Assembly (NCBI GenBank): GCA_938084645.1
Contig: CALKEP010000020.1
Span: 1 to 37,943 of the forward strand
Source of the DNA: an uncultured Phycisphaerales bacterium
GTDB lineage: Bacteria > Planctomycetota > Phycisphaerae > Phycisphaerales > SM1A02
Length of the DNA stretch: 37,943 nt
Direction of reading: 5' to 3'
Part shown: positions 27,473 to 35,954 of the stretch, piece after piece
Layout of the letters: each line of letters opens with the position of its first letter
Numbering within the stretch: the stretch's first letter is position 1
Notes under the pieces: model-generated
Seen by the model: the letters and a program-made list of their open reading frames with translations, nothing else
What the model was told of the DNA's origin: nothing
Databases searched by the model: none
Translations under genes and position numbers: made by a program

Positions 27473-29407
27473 ATGCCTCCTCGATCCCCCGACAACCCGG
27501 CCGAATCGGACCGACGATCCGCGCAACCCGCGCATCTGGAAGCACGTCCGGGGTTTCCTTCCGTGGCGTCGCCGGCGCTCGGCCCGCTCGGCTGGTGGCT
27601 GATGGCCCTGGTGTTCGTGACGGTCCTGGCGGTGTTCCGCGGGGCGATCGACGGTGGGTTCGTCTACGACGACATCCCTCGAATCGTCGAGGCCGAAGGG
27701 CGAATCGCGTCGATCTGGCCGCCATCGTGGCTCTTCGACGGCCAGCGGCCGGTGGTTCGGCTCTCCCTCGTCTTGAATCACGTGGTCGGGGGGATGGATC
27801 CCGTCGGTTATCACGCCTTCAACCTCGGTCTTCACGCGGCCGGGGCGGTGCTCGTCCTCCTCGTGGTTCGCGAGGGTGCGCGACGACTCGTCGAGCGGGG
27901 GATCGTCGCGGGTTCGAGTCGATCCCGATTGATCATCGCCACGGTCGTCGCCTTGATCTGGGCGCTGCATCCGGTGCAGACCGCCACCGCCACCTACGTC
28001 ATCCAGCGGGCCGAGTCGCTCGCGGGGTTCTTCTCCCTCCTCGCGGTGTATGCGCTGCTTCGAGGTGATCGCGCCGGGCGAGTCGCGACCGGCGCGACCG
28101 TGGTCGTCTCCGTGGCGCTGGCGCTGGGATCGAAGCCTTCGGCGGTGGTCCTGCCGGCGCTGCTTCTCGTCGTGGACTGGGCCGTGATCACCGGGGGGCT
28201 TCGCGAGACGCTGCGGCGCCGCTGGCCCACGCATCTCGCCGCCTGGGCCTGCCTCCTGATCCTGTTCGCCACGGGGGCGGTCTCCGCGCTCTGGCGGAGC
28301 GACGGAATCGCCGGCGCCGGCTTCACGCGCACGGGCGCGACGCCGTTCGAGTATGCGGTTTCGCAGCTGGCCGCGGCCGCGGTCTACGCGAGAATCGTCG
28401 TCGATCCCGCGGCGATGAGCATCGATCACGGTTCCGAGGCGCTGCGATCGGCCTGGGCGCGTCCGGTGGGCGTGGGGCTCGTCGTCACGCTCCTCGGGCT
28501 CGCGATCGGAGGGTTCGCAAGGCACCGCTGGTGGTGGTGTCTTCCGGCGATCACGTTGCTGGTGATGCTGCCGACCTCCAGCATCGTGCCGCTGGCCGAC
28601 CCGGTTGCGGATCATCGGATCCATCTCGCGTTGCTGCCGATCGTCATCGGGGCGGTCGCGCTGGGCGTCTTCGCGGTCGCACGGCTTCCGGTGCGGGGGG
28701 CACGGGCCGCGCGGGTGCTGCTCCCGTTCTTCGTCATCGTGTTGCTGGTCGCGGAGGCGGCCGGGGTCCGATCTCGCAACGCGGACTATGCGGATCCGAG
28801 TCGTCTCTGGGACGACGTGGTCGCCCGAAGGCCCGATCACGTCCGCGGCCTGGTCAACCGGGCTTCGATCGCGATCCGTGAGGATCGATACGAGGATGCC
28901 GAGCGCGACCTTCGGGCCGCCACCGCGATTCAACCCGGGAATCCCGTGGTGATCATGAATCTCGCCGTGATCGACCTTCGTGACGGTCGTCCCGAATCGG
29001 CGCTCCGCCGTCTCGACGGCGTCGGCTCGACCGGCCGGACGGATCCGCTGTTCCACGGGATTCGCGCCGATGCGATGCGCGATCTCGGGCGATACGAGGA
29101 GGCGGTCGAGGCCTGCGCGGCCTCGCTTCGGATCGACCCCGGCGACGTACGGACCCGGATCGTGATGGGTAACGCCCTGGCGGATTGCGGGCGGCACGCC
29201 GAGGCGGCCGCCGTGTTCCGGACCGCCGCGGAGGATGCTCGCGATCCAGCGATCCGTGCGAGCGCGAGATTCAACGAAGGCAACATGCACTTCATCGAGG
29301 ACCGCATGAACGAAGCGATCGTCGCCTACCGGGCGGCCTTGGCAGCCGACGCATCACACGTCAGGGCGGCCCAGGGACTCGAGGAAGCGAGGCGACGTGC
29401 GCGATGA
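27473..29407 (+). CDS. TMTC-like GT-C membrane glycosyltransferase with C-terminal TPR repeats
   Basis: GFVYDD after TM1, YHAFNLGLH, WALHPVQTATATYVIQRAESL, SKPSAVVLP, ADHRIHL, RNADYAD..LW, then several TPRs. Confidence 0.82.
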   Translation: MPPRSPDNPAESDRRSAQPAHLEARPGFPSVASPALGPLGWWLMALVFVTVLAVFRGAIDGGFVYDDIPRIVEAEGRIASIWPPSWLFDGQRPVVRLSLVLNHVVGGMDPVGYHAFNLGLHAAGAVLVLLVVREGARRLVERGIVAGSSRSRLIIATVVALIWALHPVQTATATYVIQRAESLAGFFSLLAVYALLRGDRAGRVATGATVVVSVALALGSKPSAVVLPALLLVVDWAVITGGLRETLRRRWPTHLAAWACLLILFATGAVSALWRSDGIAGAGFTRTGATPFEYAVSQLAAAAVYARIVVDPAAMSIDHGSEALRSAWARPVGVGLVVTLLGLAIGGFARHRWWWCLPAITLLVMLPTSSIVPLADPVADHRIHLALLPIVIGAVALGVFAVARLPVRGARAARVLLPFFVIVLLVAEAAGVRSRNADYADPSRLWDDVVARRPDHVRGLVNRASIAIREDRYEDAERDLRAATAIQPGNPVVIMNLAVIDLRDGRPESALRRLDGVGSTGRTDPLFHGIRADAMRDLGRYEEAVEACAASLRIDPGDVRTRIVMGNALADCGRHAEAAAVFRTAAEDARDPAIRASARFNEGNMHFIEDRMNEAIVAYRAALAADASHVRAAQGLEEARRRAR

Positions 29408-30395
29408 GGTGACGGTCGTGATTCCCGCCCGCGACGCGGCGGCGACCCTCGGGGAATGCCTCGATTCGCTGCTCGTGATCCTCGCATCGCCGGATTCCGG
29501 TCTGGTCCGGATCATCGTCGTGGATGATGGATCGCGTGACGAGACGGCGGCCATCGCCCGTTCTCGCGGCGTCGAGGTGCTCCGATCGGGGGGGCGAGGC
29601 GCCGCGGCGGCTCGAAACGCGGGGATCGCGGCGGTCTCCACGGAACTGATCTGGTTCGTCGACGCGGACTGCGTCGCGTTTCCCGACGCACTCGAACATC
29701 TGCTGCCGCATCTGGCGGATCCCGGAGTCGCCGCCGCCGGCGGCACCTACGTGATCGCGCCCGAGGCGACGCTGCTCGAGCGACTGATCCACGAGGAGAT
29801 CCAGGTGCGGCACGCCCGGATGCCGGACGAGGTCGACTTTCTGGCGACCTTCGACGTGGTCTATCGTCGGAGCGTGCTGGAATCGGTCGGCGGGTTCGAC
29901 GAACGCTATCTCAAGGGTCAGGACGCCGACCTCGCGTTCCGGGTCGTGGAGGCCGGGCATCGACTTCGATTCGACCGGCGTTCCCGGGTGCGGCACCATC
30001 ATGCCGATCGGCTCGCTCGCTACCTGAAGGTGCAGCGACAGCAGGGTTACTGGCGGGTCGCCCTGCACCTCGAACATCGAGGTCGGGGTGGAAACGCGTA
30101 CAGCGGTCCGCTCGACCATCTCCAGCCATTCGTCGCCGCCGCGTTTCCGCCGAGCCTCGTCGCGGTCGCGTGGCCGCCGTGGGGCCCGGTGGCGCCCGCG
30201 GCGGTCCTGCTGGTCCTCGTTCTGATGCAGTTGCCGATGACCATCGCGATGGTGCGGCGGGGTGGATGGGCGATGGGCTGGTTCACGCTGCTGGGCGCGA
30301 TTCGCGCGATCTGGAGAGCCGCGGGTCTCGTCCAGGGCGTGCTTGATCGGGTGTTTCGACGAGGCGCGATCGCGTCGAGGGGGAATCCGGCGTGA
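29397..30395 (+). CDS. Glycosyltransferase family 2 with C-terminal TM segments
   Basis: VVIPARD, VDDGSRD, ARNAG, FVDADC, GGFDE, QDADL. Overlaps both neighbours. Confidence 0.9.
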   Translation: MRDEVTVVIPARDAAATLGECLDSLLVILASPDSGLVRIIVVDDGSRDETAAIARSRGVEVLRSGGRGAAAARNAGIAAVSTELIWFVDADCVAFPDALEHLLPHLADPGVAAAGGTYVIAPEATLLERLIHEEIQVRHARMPDEVDFLATFDVVYRRSVLESVGGFDERYLKGQDADLAFRVVEAGHRLRFDRRSRVRHHHADRLARYLKVQRQQGYWRVALHLEHRGRGGNAYSGPLDHLQPFVAAAFPPSLVAVAWPPWGPVAPAAVLLVLVLMQLPMTIAMVRRGGWAMGWFTLLGAIRAIWRAAGLVQGVLDRVFRRGAIASRGNPA

Positions 30396-33034
30396 CGCTG
30401 CTTCCCCTCCTGTTCTGGACCCTGCTCCTTCTCCCGGGTTACTCGCTCGCGAGGCGTTTCTTCGCGGAGGAACTGGAGGGTGGACTCCTTCCCGGCATCG
30501 CCGTCTCCTGGATGAGCAGTCTCGTGGCACTCGCGCCCCTGGTCGCGGTCGGGTACCTGATCGAGACGCCGATGGTGTTCGTGATGGCGGGCCTCGCCGG
30601 GTTCATCGCGTGGGGATGCGTCGACGTGATTCGAAGCGGTGCGTGGCGGGGCGTCGGACGGCTCCTGCTCGCCGCGCTCACGATCGAGGCGGCGCTCGTC
30701 GCGGTCGAGTTGGTCTTCTCGGCTCGACACGGTTCGATCCTCGCCGCCGATGCGCGGGTCCATCTGGCCCGCATCAGGTTCCTCTTCGACCACGGGTTGA
30801 CCAATCTCGATCCGTTCGTTCAGGGTGGGAATCCATATCCGATCTACCACACGAATCTTCACCACGCGCTCTTCGCCGCGGGCTCGCGAATCGTCGCCAC
30901 CGACCCGGTGACGTTCTGGTTCGGTTCGCTGGCGGCCGCCAAACTCATGATCGCGAGCGGCATGGCCTACCTGGCATGGGCGGTGCTCGGCGGACGATGG
31001 GCCCCGTGGATCGCGGCGGTCATGGTGCTCGTGAACCGCGGTCCGGTGACCTTCTCCATCTACCCGAACCAGTTGGCGCCCTGGTTCCTCCTGCCCGTGT
31101 TCGCCGGGGTGCTGGTCCGGACCCTGGCGGATTCCTGGAGGGAGCCCGGGAGACCATGGTGGGCGAACCTGCCGAAGCTCGGCGGGGTCGCCTTGGTCAT
31201 CGGCATGTTCCACCCGCTCTACGCGGGGTTCGCGGTGGTCGTCGCATCCCCCATCCTCCTCGCGGTCGGCGGCTGGCGGGTGGTGAGGAAGCGACCGGGA
31301 CGGGCGACCGCGTTCGCGGGATGGCTCACGATCCTGCTCTTCGCGATGCCGTTTCCGGTCGCGGGCAAGTTGATGACGGTCGGAGATCGCGAAGCGGCGG
31401 CGGACGTCAACGAGGTCCGCGGTGGGATCTCGGAGGGCCGCGCGGGCCTCGAGATCGACGATCGTCGTGGGATCGAGGAGCCCGAGGATGCGCCCGTCGC
31501 CACGGCGAGACCCGAGGCGCCGACGAGGGGCGCGAGGGCCGCCCGGCTCTTGAAGGCGCCCGAAGGCTGGATGAACACCACCTGGGGAGAGACCACCTGG
31601 ATCTCCCGAACGCCGGGGCGCGGCTTCACCGGCGCCTATCAGCGTGGCAAGATCAAGGCGTGGCGGGTGCTGGTCGTGCTGTTCTGCGGGGGGCTCGCGA
31701 TCATGCTGGCGGGTCGTCGGGAGGTCCTGTACCTCCTCGCCGCGATCGGCGTGGTGCAGGCGGTGGTGCTGGTGCCGCCGGTCGCGACGGCCGCGGTCCG
31801 ATTCCTCGGAGCGCACTGGATGCTCGAACGCTTCGAGACCCTCGCCTTCGTGTTCTTCGTGCCGCTCTCGGTCCCGGCGATCGCGGCGGCGATCGAGCCC
31901 GCGTGCCGGCGCGGTCTGGAGAAGCGACGCTTCGGTGGCGTGTTCGATCGCGGCCTGCTGGCCCTGCTGACCGTCGGGGGTCTGTGGGTCGGGATGGCGC
32001 ACGCGAGTCATCGGCGTCCCTACGACTGGGACTACTACTGGAATCGGGTCTCGGCCCCACGTCACTATCGCCTCGGCCGCGAGTATCTGGGGCTGCTCCG
32101 GCTGCAGGAATTCCTCGAGACGAACATTCCCGCCGGCTCGGTGGTGGCCGTGGAGGCGTTCACCGGGACCCGCCTGAAGATGCTCCATGACATCGTCCTC
32201 GTCGCGAGCGAACGCAGCAGCACGGGCGTGGTGGATGGTGGAAGACGTCGGATCGATCTTCGACGGATGTTCGATTTCGAGACCGAGGAGGAGACCAGGG
32301 CCGAACTCTTCGAGAAGTACGGGGTGACCCACGTGGTGTCGCGAGGTTCGCCGAGGGTCTGGGTCGACTGGTGGGAGGCGGAGAGCGTGCGCCGTCGCGG
32401 CTACGTGGTGACGCGACTCGCGGAGGAACTCGACATCGAGGAACTCTGGCGGCGGGAGCTCAAACTGGGAATCCGGCTGATCCGGGCGAAGCGATACGAC
32501 GAGGCGGTGGAGAAGCTCCGTGACGTCGTGGTGGCCGATCCCCGTCTGGAGAAGGCGTGGCACCAGTTGGGGGTCGCGCTGCGCAGGCGTGGAGACGCGG
32601 TCGTGGCGGCGGAGGCGTTCGGCAGGGCCGGCGAGCTCGATCCGGACGACCTGCGGTATCCATTCATGGAGGGGCTCGCCGCCTTCGACGCGGAACGATA
32701 TTCGGCGGCACTCGCCGCCTTCGACCGCGCGCATCGACTGGCCCTTTCGCAGGACGACACGGGGCAGGCGGCCTCGACGATGCTCAACATCGGAAACACC
32801 TGGTACATGCTCGGCAACATGCTCGACGCGGTCGCCGCCTACGACGTCGCGATCGAACTGGACCCGGAGTACGCGAAGGCGATCGAGTACCGGGACACCG
32901 TCGCCGCGATGCTCGCCGGGGAATCCGACCCTGGATCCGCGGCATCGATGGAGAATCGGGATCAGTCCGACACCGAGGATGGACGGCCTGCGCGGGACGA
33001 CGACAGCACACCTTCCGAGAGACCGATCCCATAG
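30392..33034 (+). CDS. Multi-pass membrane protein (putative GT-C, Rv3779/DUF6541/DUF6077-like) with C-terminal TPR repeats
   Basis: LLLPGY N-terminus, DxxxH loop motif (ADARVHLARIR), YPIYHTNLHHAL, GMFHPLY, about 12-13 TM segments, a soluble domain (FEKYGVTHVV), then TPRs from about 32450 to 32900. Confidence 0.65.
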   Translation: MTLLPLLFWTLLLLPGYSLARRFFAEELEGGLLPGIAVSWMSSLVALAPLVAVGYLIETPMVFVMAGLAGFIAWGCVDVIRSGAWRGVGRLLLAALTIEAALVAVELVFSARHGSILAADARVHLARIRFLFDHGLTNLDPFVQGGNPYPIYHTNLHHALFAAGSRIVATDPVTFWFGSLAAAKLMIASGMAYLAWAVLGGRWAPWIAAVMVLVNRGPVTFSIYPNQLAPWFLLPVFAGVLVRTLADSWREPGRPWWANLPKLGGVALVIGMFHPLYAGFAVVVASPILLAVGGWRVVRKRPGRATAFAGWLTILLFAMPFPVAGKLMTVGDREAAADVNEVRGGISEGRAGLEIDDRRGIEEPEDAPVATARPEAPTRGARAARLLKAPEGWMNTTWGETTWISRTPGRGFTGAYQRGKIKAWRVLVVLFCGGLAIMLAGRREVLYLLAAIGVVQAVVLVPPVATAAVRFLGAHWMLERFETLAFVFFVPLSVPAIAAAIEPACRRGLEKRRFGGVFDRGLLALLTVGGLWVGMAHASHRRPYDWDYYWNRVSAPRHYRLGREYLGLLRLQEFLETNIPAGSVVAVEAFTGTRLKMLHDIVLVASERSSTGVVDGGRRRIDLRRMFDFETEEETRAELFEKYGVTHVVSRGSPRVWVDWWEAESVRRRGYVVTRLAEELDIEELWRRELKLGIRLIRAKRYDEAVEKLRDVVVADPRLEKAWHQLGVALRRRGDAVVAAEAFGRAGELDPDDLRYPFMEGLAAFDAERYSAALAAFDRAHRLALSQDDTGQAASTMLNIGNTWYMLGNMLDAVAAYDVAIELDPEYAKAIEYRDTVAAMLAGESDPGSAASMENRDQSDTEDGRPARDDDSTPSERPIP

Positions 33035-33903
33035 GCGATCCAGCTCCGACCTCGAACCCGCATGGCCTTGCCGCCGCCGACGCCGCCGGCGAAGGTCGTC
33101 GCGGCGCCGATCAGGATCCAGACCGGGGACTTCGCGAGGGTCGCGACCGTCGCGTGAACGGTGCCGTCGATGTCCCGTCGAAGCGGGGCGACGCAGCGGC
33201 CCACGGTCCGCATTCGTCTGATCAACCATCCGGCCGTGGCCCTCGCGGGCGGGACGTAGTCGATCACCGGTGCATCCGCGGCCCACACGATGCGGGCGCC
33301 GGTGCGTGCGAGCCGCTGGAAGAAGTGTCGATCCTCGCTCAGCCGGAGGAAGCCCTCGTCGAACCAGGTGTCGAGTCGGTGCGGGAGTCCGGCGTCGAAG
33401 AGGACGTTGTTGGTGAACGCCCAGGGGCGCACGGCGCCCGTCGGGCGATCGGATGGCGCGAAGAATCGTCCGGAGATCACCCACGCCGGAGGCGGGATCT
33501 CGAATCGAGGGACGACCGGGCCGGTGACGATCTCGGCGGCATGGTCCCGCTTCACGCGCATCATCTCCGCGAGCCAGTCCGGCGTCGCCTCCTCGTCGTC
33601 GTCGAGAAAACCGATCAGGTCGCCGTCGCCGGTGAGTTCGGTCGCGCGGCCCAGGCCGCGGTTCCGCGGCGGGGCCACGCCGCGGCGTGGCTCGGCAACC
33701 ACTTCGACGTCGAGGCCGGTGGACCCTGCGACGCCTTCCGCCACGGACGCGGGCCGCGGATCGTCGGGGTCGTTGTTCACCACGACCACGCGAAGATCGA
33801 CGGATCCGGAATCACGAATCGTCTGGGCGGCGAGGCTCCGGAGAATCCGGCCGAGGCCGTCGGGTCGATCAAGGGTCGAGATGCAGATCACCACGCGATT
33901 CAC
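32962..33903 (-). CDS. Glycosyltransferase family 2, ExoM-like
   Basis: ICISTLDRPDGL, VVNND, PRNRGL, FLDDDE, WAFTNN, SEDRHFF. GGAGGT RBS before GTG 33903. Confidence 0.88.
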   Translation of the reverse strand: MNRVVICISTLDRPDGLGRILRSLAAQTIRDSGSVDLRVVVVNNDPDDPRPASVAEGVAGSTGLDVEVVAEPRRGVAPPRNRGLGRATELTGDGDLIGFLDDDEEATPDWLAEMMRVKRDHAAEIVTGPVVPRFEIPPPAWVISGRFFAPSDRPTGAVRPWAFTNNVLFDAGLPHRLDTWFDEGFLRLSEDRHFFQRLARTGARIVWAADAPVIDYVPPARATAGWLIRRMRTVGRCVAPLRRDIDGTVHATVATLAKSPVWILIGAATTFAGGVGGGKAMRVRGRSWIAYGIGLSEGVLSSSRAGRPSSVSD

Positions 33904-33927
33904 TTGGGTCGGTACCTCCGGCCGGAC

Positions 33928-34833
33928 TCAGGCCTGTTGGTGGCGTTCGGCGTATTCCTCGTATCGGCGACCGGCCAGGCCGGCCACCAATCCCGCCGCC
34001 CGGCCGAAGTCCCACGACACGCGGGCGGCCGCGACCCGGGGCCGGAAGATGGAGGTCGTGCCACGAACCATGCCCCGTGCGGCGAAGCGAGCGGCGCGAA
34101 GCAGAAGGGCCGCCGCTCGATGGGCGCCCGTCCCACCCTCGGTCCGAGGGGTGTTGATGCCGAGTCGATAGGACCGCCGAAGCACCCAGCCAAGGCGGAG
34201 TCGCTCCACCGGATACCACTCCCAGGCGACGGCGTCCGCGGACCAGACGATCTCGTGACCGGCCGCTCGCACCCGCCGGAAGAAATCCTTGTCGCTTCCA
34301 CCATCGTGCCGCATGGTCGCGTCGAACCGGAATCCACCGTGGCGTATCACGTCCGCGTCGATCATCGCGTTGTGGGTGAACGCCCAGGGCCGCGACGTGC
34401 CCGTCGGATAGTCCGGTGGTTGGAACACCCCGCTCGCCGCGGCCCATGGAGGCGCGTCTGCGGGAAAGCGGGGATTCGCCGGGCCCGTGACCACGGCGGC
34501 ACCGGTCCGGTCTCTCGTTCGCAGCAGGGCGGCCAGCCAGTCGGATTCGACCGTCTCGTCGTCGTCCAGGAAGGCGAGTGTGTCGATTCCGGGATCCGCA
34601 AGGGCGATGTCGAGGGTTCGATTCCGGGCGGCGGGGATTCCCGGTTCCGGTTCGAACGCGTGTTGAATTCGGAGGCTGGTGCGGGGAAGCGGCTTTTCCG
34701 TCGGAGCGTCGTTCTCGACGACGACCACCTCCACTTCGACGCCTTCAGGAGCCGATATCACCTCCAGCGAGCGCAGCAGGCGGGCGAGGCCGTCCGGACG
34801 ACGACGCGTGATGATGCAGATCGCGACCCGCAT
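33928..34833 (-). CDS. Glycosyltransferase family 2, ExoM-like (paralog of 32962-33903)
   Basis: ICIITRRRPDGL, VVEND, ARNRTL, FLDDDE, WAFTHN, GGSDKDFF. AAGGAG RBS upstream. Confidence 0.9.
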   Translation of the reverse strand: MRVAICIITRRRPDGLARLLRSLEVISAPEGVEVEVVVVENDAPTEKPLPRTSLRIQHAFEPEPGIPAARNRTLDIALADPGIDTLAFLDDDETVESDWLAALLRTRDRTGAAVVTGPANPRFPADAPPWAAASGVFQPPDYPTGTSRPWAFTHNAMIDADVIRHGGFRFDATMRHDGGSDKDFFRRVRAAGHEIVWSADAVAWEWYPVERLRLGWVLRRSYRLGINTPRTEGGTGAHRAAALLLRAARFAARGMVRGTTSIFRPRVAAARVSWDFGRAAGLVAGLAGRRYEEYAERHQQA

Positions 34834-34844
34834 GGAGGACTCCT

Positions 34845-35954
34845 TTGACGAACCGCTCCGAGGCTACCACGATCCCCGCCCACCGCGACGCCCCGCGGGT
34901 CTCGGTGGTGGTGGCCATGTTCGAACGGCTGGAACGGTCGGTGGCGTGTGCGCAGAGTCTCGCGGGCCAGTCCATCGACGAGGCCGAGATCATCTTCGTG
35001 GACGACGGATCCGAGGATGGAACGCCCGAGGCGGTGGAGGCGGTCGCGGAACGGTCCCGGATTCCGATGCGGGTCGTCCGGAACGAACGCAATCTCGGCG
35101 CGAACGCGAGTCGCAACCGCGGGGTGTCGCTCGCGGCGGCGCCGCTGGTCGCGTTCCTCGACTCCGACTGCGAAGCCGCGCCGGACTGGCTTGAACGGCT
35201 GGTCGAACCGTTCGAATCCGATCCGCGGCTCGGTGCGGGGTCGGGACTCGTGGAGGACGCCTGCGTCGGGAACATCTGGGAACTGGCCTTCAGTGGCACG
35301 CACCGACTCCCACGCCCCGGTCCCTGCTCGAGGATCACCTCCTGCAATCTCTGCGTGCGGCGGGCGCTGATGCCCGCGGGCGCCTGGGACGAGACCCGGC
35401 CCACACGAAGCGACGGGGGGCGTCCCGACACCGCGATCTCCGCCCGGTGCGACGAGGAGGGGCTGAATCTCGCCATTCGCGCCGCCGGCTGGGGCGTCGA
35501 GGCGATTCCGGCCGCGCGGGTTCGGCACTTCCATCCCTACACGCGTCGGAGCCTGCTTCGGCAGGCATGGTTCGGGGGTTGTTCCGCGGCCGAGATCGTG
35601 CATCGGTACCGGCTCGGGCCGAGGCGGGACCTGGGGCCGATCCTCCTCGCGTGGGTGTCGCTCGTGCTCGTGCTGCTGATCGCACCGTTCACCACCTGGT
35701 GGTTCGTCCTCCTCCCGGCCGCGATGGCGGGACTCGCGATCGCGGCCATCGCATGGAACGAGCTCGCGAACAAGGGCAAGACGGTCGGGGGTCTGCTGCG
35801 GGCAACGCCGGCGCTCTTCGTCTACTACCACGTCCGCCTCGCGGGATTCCTGGTTCGTCGATGGCGGCTCCGGCTCGGCGGCGGGGGCGTCGAACGGTTG
35901 GATCGGGCCCGGCTCGCGACCGGCCTCCCTGCGCCGCCGGAGCCCGGCGAATGA
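34845..35954 (+). CDS. Glycosyltransferase family 2 with C-terminal TM segments
   Basis: VSVVVAMF, FVDDGSED, SRNRG, FLDSDC, CNL, DEEGL. TTG start preceded by GGAGG. Confidence 0.87.
   Translation: MTNRSEATTIPAHRDAPRVSVVVAMFERLERSVACAQSLAGQSIDEAEIIFVDDGSEDGTPEAVEAVAERSRIPMRVVRNERNLGANASRNRGVSLAAAPLVAFLDSDCEAAPDWLERLVEPFESDPRLGAGSGLVEDACVGNIWELAFSGTHRLPRPGPCSRITSCNLCVRRALMPAGAWDETRPTRSDGGRPDTAISARCDEEGLNLAIRAAGWGVEAIPAARVRHFHPYTRRSLLRQAWFGGCSAAEIVHRYRLGPRRDLGPILLAWVSLVLVLLIAPFTTWWFVLLPAAMAGLAIAAIAWNELANKGKTVGGLLRATPALFVYYHVRLAGFLVRRWRLRLGGGGVERLDRARLATGLPAPPEPGE

Noticed and set aside
32962..34845. Recombinase-driven invertible segment (phase variation) explaining the strand switch of the ExoM pair
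   Set aside because: I found no flanking inverted repeats and no recombinase in the window, and both junctions are embedded in coding or RBS sequence.
35447..35950. N-terminal extension of the flippase ORF; likewise 23877-24167 for the regulator and 26714-27067 for DUF2304
   Set aside because: The extensions overlap real genes and look non-protein-like. Coupled or RBS-supported starts lie downstream.
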